From: a bacterium
Lineage (GTDB): Bacteria; DRYD01
Reading direction: 5' to 3'
Length of the DNA: 64,000 nt
Assembly (NCBI GenBank): GCA_039630415.1
Contig: JBCNVB010000018.1
Location: 1-64,000, forward strand
Shown here: one piece after another, positions 30,176-38,531 of the stretch
How the letters are laid out: each line of letters begins with the position of its first letter
Numbering within the stretch: position 1 is the stretch's first letter
Notes under the pieces: model-generated
Seen by the model: only the letters and a program-made list of their open reading frames with translations
Databases searched by the model: none
Told to the model about the DNA's origin: nothing
Position numbers and translations under genes: made by a program

Positions 30176-30630
30176 TTTATCTTCCTGTTACTGCTTTTTG
30201 ACACATGCATTTCAACTATCTTCTGTCTTGCTATCTTTAATCTATTAGCAACAACAAAGAACATATTTTTATATATTAATGTTTCTATTTCTTTATTTTG
30301 ATCCATGATTTGCTGTACTTTGGATGTATTAAAGGATATAGTGATAGTTTCCTTTATGGTTTGTGCAGAAAAACTCCAAGTATAAGGAGGTACTAACCAG
30401 GACCAACCCACAATCTCTCCAGGTCCCAAAAACTGTAATGAAATATCCATAGATTTTATCTCAACTAACCCACTTACTATGATAAAGAATTTCTCAGCCC
30501 AAAAACCCTCTTCTATTAATCTGTAGTTCCTAGGGTAAGTCTCTAAATTACAGCTATCTAAAATACTTTGTATGTGCTCTGCTTTCCAGTTATGAAAAAA
30601 ACTATGGTTTTTAAGATAATCTTCAATCAT
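30172..30630 (-). CDS. Stand-alone cyclic-nucleotide-binding domain protein
   Basis: LIEEG..AEKFFIIVSG.V, LGPGEIVGWSWL.PPY.W.FSA; no HTH. Confidence 0.82.
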   Translation of the reverse strand: MIEDYLKNHSFFHNWKAEHIQSILDSCNLETYPRNYRLIEEGFWAEKFFIIVSGLVEIKSMDISLQFLGPGEIVGWSWLVPPYTWSFSAQTIKETITISFNTSKVQQIMDQNKEIETLIYKNMFFVVANRLKIARQKIVEMHVSKSSNRKIK

Positions 30631-31220
30631 TTCTTAGCTTCTTTTTTACTGACCATATCGTGTCTACCCCAAATATCGAGATAGTAGATATAATAGCTCT
30701 GTCTATTTATGTTATCATAGAATACTAAAGAACAAAAAGCCCCTTTCTTGTAAGGAGCAAAGTATACTTCCTTGAGTTTATTAAAATTACTATCCTGTTT
30801 CATTAAAAATCCTCCAAAAATCTGCTCTCCATTTGATAAGTCGTATATTTTCCAATGTATGTTATCAGACCTTCTATAGATTACAAACATTCCTATGTTA
30901 GTGGTGTATGCCCAGAATTCAAAAACCTTTTTACTAACCGTTATCCTATTTTCTTGCCAATTCTCTTGCAAATTCCATAGTATCAATTGCTGGTCTTGAT
31001 AGGTGTTATCTATGTACATTTTCAAGTTAGTTGATATTCCCTGATATTCGTAGTTAATTTCTAGGGGTTGATTTAAGTTGCCATATGATGCTTTTGTGTA
31101 TTCCAGTGTTTTGTGAATCTTTTGATATTCTTGTTCTATGCTCGCAATTGCAACAGTTAACAAAAGAACTGAAAACCAAACTATTTTGATAAATCCAATT
31201 ATTTTTCTAAACAGATACAT
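30627..31220 (-). CDS. Hypothetical exported protein
   Basis: N-terminal signal/TM segment; overlaps both neighbours. Confidence 0.55.
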   Translation of the reverse strand: MYLFRKIIGFIKIVWFSVLLLTVAIASIEQEYQKIHKTLEYTKASYGNLNQPLEINYEYQGISTNLKMYIDNTYQDQQLILWNLQENWQENRITVSKKVFEFWAYTTNIGMFVIYRRSDNIHWKIYDLSNGEQIFGGFLMKQDSNFNKLKEVYFAPYKKGAFCSLVFYDNINRQSYYIYYLDIWGRHDMVSKKEAKK

Positions 31221-31548
31221 TAGTAACTTCCACCATCCATTTAAGATATTCTACATTTCCAGATTTTATGTTCCATGAGATTATTTCTGGTACGGTGTAG
31301 GGGTGATATTTTTTTACAGTTTCCTCAAGTTTTTCTAGATTTTCTTCAATAGTTTTTATGATCAAAAGTACTTCATTACTTTCCTCAACTTTACCCTGCC
31401 AGGTGTAGATTGATTTTATGCTAGGTACGATATTTATGCAAGCTGCAATCTTGTTGTTGACCAATATTCTAGCTATATTTTCTGCATCACTCATCGTCGG
31501 ACATGTGATATATAAAACTCTGAAGAAAGTATTATCTAGATTCTTCAT
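31207..31548 (-). CDS. cutA: Divalent-cation tolerance protein CutA
   Basis: AACINI, SIYTWQGKVE, HPYTVPEI motifs. Confidence 0.93.
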   Translation of the reverse strand: MKNLDNTFFRVLYITCPTMSDAENIARILVNNKIAACINIVPSIKSIYTWQGKVEESNEVLLIIKTIEENLEKLEETVKKYHPYTVPEIISWNIKSGNVEYLKWMVEVTNVSV

Positions 31549-31566
31549 AGTTTACCTCCTTTTTTG

Positions 31567-31608
31567 GTTTATTTAGTTAAGTTTATTTAGTTAAGTTTAT
31601 TTAGTTAA
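31567..31608. repeat. Perfect tandem repeat, 3 x 14 bp (GTTTATTTAGTTAA)
   Basis: Three contiguous identical units between the rpmI stop and the cutA RBS. Confidence 0.9.
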
Positions 31609-31616
31609 AACGTAGA

Positions 31617-31835
31617 TTATTTAGGAAGAATATTAGAGAGATTTTTATAAGCGTATTTAGGGATTTCTACGTATAGCTTTTGTCTTCTTTTGGTTGCTTT
31701 ACTCTTTTTTCTTCTTAGATGCCCACAACCTGTGTTAGTTTGTTTATGAAGAATTTTTCCTGTGGCCGTTATTTTTAATCTTTTAGCTAGAGATTTCTTC
31801 GTTTTTAGCTTTACTTTTTTTGATTTTTTAGCCAT
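31617..31835 (-). CDS. rpmI: 50S ribosomal protein bL35
   Basis: KLKTKKSLAKRLKITATGK...HL..KKSK..KRR; highly basic, 72 aa. Confidence 0.9.
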   Translation of the reverse strand: MAKKSKKVKLKTKKSLAKRLKITATGKILHKQTNTGCGHLRRKKSKATKRRQKLYVEIPKYAYKNLSNILPK

Positions 31836-31902
31836 TGATTGTTACCTCCCATCTCTTTTGTATTTCTATAGCTATTTAGGTATTTCCTTTTGGTGGATAT
31901 TT

Positions 31903-32601
31903 TTATAATTCGATTGGTCTCGTTTTAAGCCAATAAATAGGATGGTCAACATTAACTTGTAAACTACCTCCTGGTGAGGAAATAATTATTTTTCTTGCTT
32001 TCAAACGGTAATACTTTCTATATACATAAGCACAAGCTATCGTTCCACTACCACAGGAAGCAGTAAAGCCAACTCCCCTTTCAAAAGTATACATATACTT
32101 TTCCCGTAAACTAAAAACATGTACGTTCTTAGAAAAATTTACAAACTCATATATCTGCTTACATAAATCCAACATATCATCTTCTTTATTTAAAATGAAG
32201 CAAATACAATGTGGATTAGGAACATTAAGCTCATAAATTGGATAATTACGGTAAAACCACTTTTTAACCTTTGTTTGTCTTAAATTAAACCCCACAAAAA
32301 CAAAGTTCCTTATAACCTTTGCATAGTATTCTCTATCTTTAAAGTAGCTGTTTACAAAAATCTGATTTTTAATCTTTGCATACTTGTAGATGAACATAGC
32401 TAAACATCCCAAACCATTCCCAGATACCTCAGCCCTAGTACCATCACGATTGTATAAATCAAAAAATATCCTGTCTTCTTCTACCCTATCTACAAAAATA
32501 ATCCCATCTAAATCACTGTACCTTTCTATTAAACTCAAATCTTTATTCTCCTGAAATACAATAGCAAATTTGTTCTGGTTTGAATGAAAAATTCTTATCA
32601 T
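31903..32601 (-). CDS. dapF: Diaminopimelate epimerase-like protein (short, divergent)
   Basis: N.F, DGIIF, YNRDGTRAEVSGNG, PNPHC, ERGVGFTASCGSG and PGG.L motifs. Confidence 0.7.
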   Translation of the reverse strand: MIRIFHSNQNKFAIVFQENKDLSLIERYSDLDGIIFVDRVEEDRIFFDLYNRDGTRAEVSGNGLGCLAMFIYKYAKIKNQIFVNSYFKDREYYAKVIRNFVFVGFNLRQTKVKKWFYRNYPIYELNVPNPHCICFILNKEDDMLDLCKQIYEFVNFSKNVHVFSLREKYMYTFERGVGFTASCGSGTIACAYVYRKYYRLKARKIIISSPGGSLQVNVDHPIYWLKTRPIEL

Positions 32602-32602
32602 G

Positions 32603-33286
32603 TTATAGTTTTATTGCAAAAGGGTTAAAATTAGTGTTATAGTCATAATAGTCGATTTGTTCTATTTGCTTAACTTTTTGTATCACGATGACAGTGATGG
32701 GACTGAGAATAATTTCCACAGCTACTTTGTAAAAATAGCCGGTAAATATATAATTAATCAGGCTAGAAAAGTCGATAACAAATACAAAAGCGAGTATACA
32801 AAAAATGGATGTATCAACCAACTGTCCAGCTAAGGTAGATAGAACCACTCTATTCCATAAGTATCGAGATTTATACCTTATCTTCATTTTAGCCATAATT
32901 AAAGAGTTTAAAAATTCTCCAAAAAAATAAGCTACTATACCTGCAATAGCTATTCTAGGACTTATCCCCAGCACTTTCTCAAAATTTTCCTGCCCAATTT
33001 GCCTATCCCAACTCCCTTCAGGAGGTAAGTACAAAACAAAATATAGAACCAAATTAAACAAAATCAAAATACCAAATCCCAACCAAATAACTTTCCTGGC
33101 TTTGGAATAACCATAAACCTCCGTGAATATATCCGCTAGTATGTAACAAAGTGGAAAAACCAAAGCACCACCATCAAATACTAACCTAACACCTAAAATA
33201 TCTATCTCGAAAACCTTTATTGTTACAACATTCGATATGACTAATATACCTACAAAAAAACCAACTAACAGATCATACAATTTCAT
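32603..33286 (-). CDS. Queuosine precursor transporter (YhhQ/VUT family)
   Basis: FPLCYILADIFTEVYG, PRIAIA, GEFLNS, R...ST..GQLVDT motifs. Confidence 0.9.
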   Translation of the reverse strand: MKLYDLLVGFFVGILVISNVVTIKVFEIDILGVRLVFDGGALVFPLCYILADIFTEVYGYSKARKVIWLGFGILILFNLVLYFVLYLPPEGSWDRQIGQENFEKVLGISPRIAIAGIVAYFFGEFLNSLIMAKMKIRYKSRYLWNRVVLSTLAGQLVDTSIFCILAFVFVIDFSSLINYIFTGYFYKVAVEIILSPITVIVIQKVKQIEQIDYYDYNTNFNPFAIKL

Positions 33287-33928
33287 TTATTTGAAATTTA
33301 TTCTGATATTCGAATAGGTTTTACCACCAACATTTCCGAATATAAAGAGAATTTTAACAGGTTTGCCGGGGGTTTTTTGTAATGATCTTATTCCAAACTT
33401 TACTTCATCAGTAACAGTTGCACCTGGAGGAATTGGTTTAAAAAGATTAGAAAATGAACCCTGAGAGAAATTCAGTACATTTCCTTGATCATCATAGATT
33501 AGTATATCATTAAGTCCCACTCCATGTGGACTAACAGGATTGGGTAATAAATTTGCAACCTCTATTCTAACACTATATCCTTCGCCCCTACCATAAAAAG
33601 GATTAACCGTTTTTTGAGGTGCAGATACTCTTATCCTTAAAGCATTATTACTTACCCACTCACCTTCTACACCTTCTACACCTTCAAGTTGATATCTCCC
33701 ACCCGTTGGAACAAACTGAACAGATATACTGTTAGAACTCTTGGTAACATTTGCACCAGCTTTTTGAAGTTCATCTACTGAAATATACACTTTATTATCC
33801 TTTACTATGTAATCACTTATCTGCTTGCCATTTATATAAACAGTATAATAGCTAGCAAATACACTAACTACCATTATGCAAAGGCAGAGTATGGCTACAA
33901 CAAAGTAAATTGTTTTATTTTTTTTCAT
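33287..33928 (-). CDS. Hypothetical secreted protein (short N-terminal beta domain plus Ig-like C-terminal domain)
   Basis: Signal peptide ending SVFA; YTVYINGK...KVYISVDEL; RBS GAGGGG. Confidence 0.6.
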   Translation of the reverse strand: MKKNKTIYFVVAILCLCIMVVSVFASYYTVYINGKQISDYIVKDNKVYISVDELQKAGANVTKSSNSISVQFVPTGGRYQLEGVEGVEGEWVSNNALRIRVSAPQKTVNPFYGRGEGYSVRIEVANLLPNPVSPHGVGLNDILIYDDQGNVLNFSQGSFSNLFKPIPPGATVTDEVKFGIRSLQKTPGKPVKILFIFGNVGGKTYSNIRINFK

Positions 33929-33965
33929 ACTTGTCACCCCTCTTTGTAATTGATATTTTATTCTA

Positions 33966-34604
33966 CTATTTTTCCCAAACCCCTTGTTTTTTGATAACTA
34001 CGAATACTGTTTTTAAAAGAATAACTAAGTCTAGTAAAAGAGAATATTTTTTAATGTAAACGAGGTCGTAGTATATTCTCTTTTCCCAGGGTATAGTGTT
34101 TCTTCCGTTTATTTGAGCTAAACCCGTTAAACCGGGCTTAAGTAAAGTTCTTTGCTTTTGAATAGCTGTTAGGTTTTGATACTGTTGCTCTAAGTTTGGT
34201 CTAGGCCCCACTAAGCTCATTTGACCAAGCAAAACATTAAAAAGTTGAGGTAACTCATCTAGTGAAGTCTCCCTTAGAAATTTTCCTACTCTGGTTATTC
34301 TAGGATCATCCTTGTATGTATGTATATCCTTATTCTCTTGCTTAACTTTAAAAGTTCTAAATTTTAGCATTTTAAAAATTTTTCCGTTAAGTCCCACTCT
34401 GTCTTGTATAAAAAACACAGGCCAACCATCATCTAAATAGATAACTACACAAATAACAATAAATGCAGGTAAAAGAAATAAAATCAGAATAGCCGCTAGT
34501 ATCTTATCAAGCAAGTACTTTATGATAATCTGAAATTTCTGAAAACTAGATAGTTTGATGTTTTCGAATTCATGCCACGGTATGTCTAATTGATTATTTT
34601 CCAT
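33966..34604 (-). CDS. Undecaprenyl-phosphate sugar phosphotransferase (Bac_transf)
   Basis: FFIQDRVG, LKFRT, DPRITRVGKFLR.TSLDELPQ, MSLVGPRP, PGLTGLAQINGR motifs. Confidence 0.93.
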   Translation of the reverse strand: MENNQLDIPWHEFENIKLSSFQKFQIIIKYLLDKILAAILILFLLPAFIVICVVIYLDDGWPVFFIQDRVGLNGKIFKMLKFRTFKVKQENKDIHTYKDDPRITRVGKFLRETSLDELPQLFNVLLGQMSLVGPRPNLEQQYQNLTAIQKQRTLLKPGLTGLAQINGRNTIPWEKRIYYDLVYIKKYSLLLDLVILLKTVFVVIKKQGVWEK

Positions 34605-34624
34605 ATTTGATTTAATTATTTTTC

Positions 34625-35818
34625 TTACTTGTCAGATGTTGGCAAGGTAAAATAGAAGGTTGTTCCCTTAGATAGTTCACTTTCAAACCATATATTTCCA
34701 CCCATAGTCTCTACCAAGTACTTGACAATAACTAGCCCTAATCCTGTTCCTTGAGCAACGTTCATCGATACTGAAGTTCTATAGAATTTCTCGAATATGT
34801 GGGGCTTATCTTTATCAGGTATACCTATTCCGGTATCTGAAACATATACCAGCATGCAATCGTTTTTTGGCTCTATTCCTATGGTTATTTCTCCACCAAA
34901 GGGAGTATACTTTATTGCATTATCAACCAGATTAAGTACTACTTGCTCTAGTTTTTCTTCATCCGCATAAACTATGTACTCTTTTTCATCACTATAATTC
35001 CTTGTTATGGTAAGTTCTGCTTGTACTATACGTGGATAGACCAATTCTATAACATTTTCGATAACTTCTTTAACATCAAGTCTTGTTTTCTTAAAGTGCA
35101 TCTTAGCAGATTCTATTCTTGATATATCGAGTATAGCATTGACCAATTTATTAAGCCTATTAGCTTCGTTGTATATTATCTGTGCAAATTTATTTATTTC
35201 TTCTTTTGAAAGATCTTCTTGAAGGATAATTTCTGCAAATCCCTTTATGGAAGTTAATGGAGTTCTTAGTTCATGGGAAACCATAGATATTACTTTTTCA
35301 CTTATCTCATCAAATTTCTGTCGTAAGTAAGCCTCAGCAAAGGAATCAAAAATTATACTCCTTATACTCTTGTTCTCGTCATACTTTATCAAAGCATAAC
35401 CATACGATATTCCATCTAAAATGTATTTTATCTTTTCAAACTCTATTTTCTCTTTAAGTATAGCAGACTTTATTTCGGATATAATCCTTATCGCAGCCAT
35501 TTTGATATTGTATATATCCAGCTTCTTCTTATATCTCGGTTTTGAAGATAAGAGAATTATTAACTGATCATCCCTATAGTCATTTGTCAAAACCATATCC
35601 TCTTGTCTAAATATTTTCCCTTTTGAGTTAACTAAGACTTTAGCTATATCCTGAAATATCTGATCATATAGTTCTTTTCCATAAGCTTGTTTGAATTCCG
35701 TAGAATTAGATATCTCCAGGGTTATTAAACCCATTATCTGTAATTCTTGTAGCTTATGATTGATATAGTCAGAAATTGCGAAAATTGGTTTAAGATCTAG
35801 AGACTTTAACTCCATCAA
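34625..35818 (-). CDS. Soluble sensor histidine kinase with a degenerate GGDEF-like N-terminal domain
   Basis: H-box SHELRTPLTSI, N-box NLVDNAIKYT, DTGIGI, FEKFY, GTGLGL; no TM; N-terminus resembles a GGDEF fold. Confidence 0.88.
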   Translation of the reverse strand: MMELKSLDLKPIFAISDYINHKLQELQIMGLITLEISNSTEFKQAYGKELYDQIFQDIAKVLVNSKGKIFRQEDMVLTNDYRDDQLIILLSSKPRYKKKLDIYNIKMAAIRIISEIKSAILKEKIEFEKIKYILDGISYGYALIKYDENKSIRSIIFDSFAEAYLRQKFDEISEKVISMVSHELRTPLTSIKGFAEIILQEDLSKEEINKFAQIIYNEANRLNKLVNAILDISRIESAKMHFKKTRLDVKEVIENVIELVYPRIVQAELTITRNYSDEKEYIVYADEEKLEQVVLNLVDNAIKYTPFGGEITIGIEPKNDCMLVYVSDTGIGIPDKDKPHIFEKFYRTSVSMNVAQGTGLGLVIVKYLVETMGGNIWFESELSKGTTFYFTLPTSDK

Positions 35819-37097
35819 GGATATGTTCTAGCTCATTTTCTTCTAGATAGTACTCCACAAAAACAGTAGGCTTGTTGATCTTCATTAGTTTAGTTATATC
35901 GAATGGGGTAGCTATGATAACTGCATCAGCTGGAATTTGATTTATGATGTACTCTAACTCCCTTATCTGTTCTGGGAAATATCCCACAGCAGGTAGTACC
36001 TCTCTTACTTGAGAGTATTTTTCGTAAGCCTGTTTTATAGAGCCCACAGCATATGCATATGGACTTATTATTTGGCAGTTATATTTTTTAGCAACGATAT
36101 ATCCCGCTCCATACGACATTTCTCCATGCGTTAAAGTAGGTCCATCTTCCACAACTACAACCTTCTTATTTTGTATAACTTCTGGATTATCTACCTTTAC
36201 TGGTGATTTTGCTTTTATTATTTTGGCACCAGGATTAATTTTACTTATGTTCTGTTCAAGAATAGCTACATTTTGTGGATCAGCAGTATCTACTTTATTT
36301 ATGATAGCTATGTTGCACATTCTAGCATTTACCTCGCCAGGAAAATAGGTTAATTCATGATTTGGGCGATGAGGATCAAAAACAGTTATCCATAGTGTAG
36401 GATAGAAAAATGGGAAATCATTGTTTCCTCCATCCCAAACTATAACATCAGCCTCTTTTTCAGCTTCTTGCAAAATCTTTTCATAATCTACCCCAGCATA
36501 AACTATATGTCCTTCCTTTATATGAGGCAAATACTCCTCTCCCTCTTCTATCGTGCAATTATTTTTTATTATGTCTTCCGGAGTTTCAAATCTTTGTACT
36601 ATCTGTTTAGACAGGTCACCATAAGGCATAGGGTGTCTTACTACAACTACCTTGTAACCTTTTTGTTTAAGTATTTTAGCAACTTTTCTAGAAGTTTGAC
36701 TCTTTCCACATCCGGTTCTAACAGCTGTTACAGCAACCACTGGCTTTTGAGAGTAAAGGAAAGTATCTTTAGGAGAAAGTAACCTAAAACTAGCACCGGC
36801 TTTCAGCGAAATACTCGCTAAATTCATTACATGTACATGACTAACATCTGAGTATGAAAAGACAACTTCATCAACAGAGTATTGCTTTATTAACTTCTCC
36901 AACTTTTCTTCAGGATAGATAGGTATTCCATCAGGATAGTTTGGTCCCGCTAGACAAGATGGATACGTACGATTCTCTATAGAAGGTATCTGGGTTGCAG
37001 TAAATGCAACAACTTCATAGTCTGGATTATTCCTGTAGTAAACGTTGAAGTTATGAAAATCTCTTCCACCGGCGCCTAGTATTATCACCTTTTTCAT
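35790..37097 (-). CDS. P-loop protein of the arginine synthetase (ArcE)/cDPG-synthetase-like family
   Basis: GAGGRDFHNFN, VAFTATQIP, AVRTGCGKSQTSR, RHPMPYG, TIEEGEEY, WDGGNND, EDGPTLTHG motifs. Confidence 0.8.
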   Translation of the reverse strand: MKKVIILGAGGRDFHNFNVYYRNNPDYEVVAFTATQIPSIENRTYPSCLAGPNYPDGIPIYPEEKLEKLIKQYSVDEVVFSYSDVSHVHVMNLASISLKAGASFRLLSPKDTFLYSQKPVVAVTAVRTGCGKSQTSRKVAKILKQKGYKVVVVRHPMPYGDLSKQIVQRFETPEDIIKNNCTIEEGEEYLPHIKEGHIVYAGVDYEKILQEAEKEADVIVWDGGNNDFPFFYPTLWITVFDPHRPNHELTYFPGEVNARMCNIAIINKVDTADPQNVAILEQNISKINPGAKIIKAKSPVKVDNPEVIQNKKVVVVEDGPTLTHGEMSYGAGYIVAKKYNCQIISPYAYAVGSIKQAYEKYSQVREVLPAVGYFPEQIRELEYIINQIPADAVIIATPFDITKLMKINKPTVFVEYYLEENELEHILDGVKVSRS

Positions 37098-37135
37098 ATT
37101 CCTTCACCCTGAGTATAGTTTTCTACTCCAAAAAC

Positions 37136-37657
37136 TTATAACCTGTTTTTTTCAAAAACATAGAAAAGAACACCTGCTGCAATCGTTAAAAGGAGAATTA
37201 TTAGGAAGGGGGAAGTATTAGCAACTTGGTAAATAGTTAATTTTCCGAAGTTACCCAAATCAATCAGTGGTTTAACGTAAGGATATAGATTAATGAAAAG
37301 AGCCGATCCTATAATCATTCCTATTACGGCAAAGATAGCGTGGATTCTACCTTCAGCTATAGCAGCAACTGCTGTTCCTGGACAGTATCCAGTAAGTGCC
37401 CAACCCAAACCAAACAATATCCCTCCAAAAACTATTGCACCCAATGCTAAAGGCTTAAGATGCAAACTTATCAATCCAAGTTGATTCAATAAGTTAATAC
37501 CAATAGCTCCAACTATAGCGGCAGAAAACATAAACTTAATAATTGTCATATCTTTAAAAAGCACCGCAGCTACCTGCTTTTCATACCTTATTACGCCCGC
37601 TAAAGTTAGTATAGTACCAAAAATTATCCCTGCAACCAATCCCACAAGCATTTCCAT
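37136..37657 (-). CDS. YeeE/YedE family sulfur-compound transporter (half)
   Basis: GGILFGLGWALTGYCPGT; hydrophobic; RBS AGGAGGTG. Confidence 0.88.
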   Translation of the reverse strand: MEMLVGLVAGIIFGTILTLAGVIRYEKQVAAVLFKDMTIIKFMFSAAIVGAIGINLLNQLGLISLHLKPLALGAIVFGGILFGLGWALTGYCPGTAVAAIAEGRIHAIFAVIGMIIGSALFINLYPYVKPLIDLGNFGKLTIYQVANTSPFLIILLLTIAAGVLFYVFEKNRL

Positions 37658-37662
37658 ACCTA

Positions 37663-38178
37663 TCACCTCCTGTAAATAATGTTGGCAAATAAAATAGCAG
37701 AAGAAAAGAAAACAATAACAGCAATAAGTGATCCAAGAGAAAGTTGCATCATCCCACTTAATCCATGCCCACTAGGACAACCATCTGCTAACCTTGCTCC
37801 AAAACCAACAAATATACCTCCAAGTAAGGCTAAAATAGCTCTTAGTGTAAAATTACTACCAAATTTATCCATAAATATTGGAGGCACTAGCTCTAATTTA
37901 AAACTCCTATTCAATAACGATGTTATCAGTGCTCCTATAAATATTCCAAGAACAAACATCATTTGCCAATCTACTTTTAAGTTCAGCTTATTAAAATACT
38001 CATTGCTTATGTTTGGTGTAATAGTTTTTTGTATAGCTGCAGCTATTTTTGCGAAAGTTGTAGATGTACCGAAAAATTTAGTATCTCCAATTAGCATTGT
38101 CGTAAGGTAAACAACGGCTATGGCCAATAAGCCAACTAGTACTCCTCCAATATATGGATTAAGCCTTGTTTCTTTCAT
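37663..38178 (-). CDS. YeeE/YedE family sulfur-compound transporter (half)
   Basis: NPYIGG, FGTST, GFGARLADGCPSGHGLSG; RBS GGAGGTG. Confidence 0.88.
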   Translation of the reverse strand: MKETRLNPYIGGVLVGLLAIAVVYLTTMLIGDTKFFGTSTTFAKIAAAIQKTITPNISNEYFNKLNLKVDWQMMFVLGIFIGALITSLLNRSFKLELVPPIFMDKFGSNFTLRAILALLGGIFVGFGARLADGCPSGHGLSGMMQLSLGSLIAVIVFFSSAILFANIIYRR

Positions 38179-38195
38179 ATTATTCACCTCCAACA

Positions 38196-38510
38196 TCATA
38201 AATATTTTTCAATTATTTTTGATACCGATGATATTTTTTGTTTTAGATGATTTAGAGCAAACATTTCAGAATCGAGATTATCTGAAAGATTAACACAGCA
38301 GTTATTTTCAATTATTTTAGCAAGTATATTGGTAAATGTTTTATGTATAGCTTGTCTTACGGATGCTAATTGATGAACAACTAACTCACAACTTTCTTCC
38401 CTTTCAATCATGTTTATTATTGCTCTTATTTGTCCTTCTATTTTGAGTAATCTAGAAACTAACTCTCTTTTGTCAGCTTTATCCATTATTTTTAGTTCAC
38501 TTCCTGTCAT
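38196..38510 (-). CDS. CsoR/RcnR family repressor, CstR-like
   Basis: RLLKIEGQIRAIINM.....C..V.HQL.SVR.A, second Cys in ENNCC; the metal-ligand His appears absent. Confidence 0.88.
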   Translation of the reverse strand: MTGSELKIMDKADKRELVSRLLKIEGQIRAIINMIEREESCELVVHQLASVRQAIHKTFTNILAKIIENNCCVNLSDNLDSEMFALNHLKQKISSVSKIIEKYL

Positions 38511-38531
38511 TGTTACTCGCCTCCCCTAGAT

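Noticed and set aside
31567..31608. Tandem repeat as a mini-CRISPR
   Set aside because: The 14-bp units are contiguous with no spacers, and there are no cas genes.
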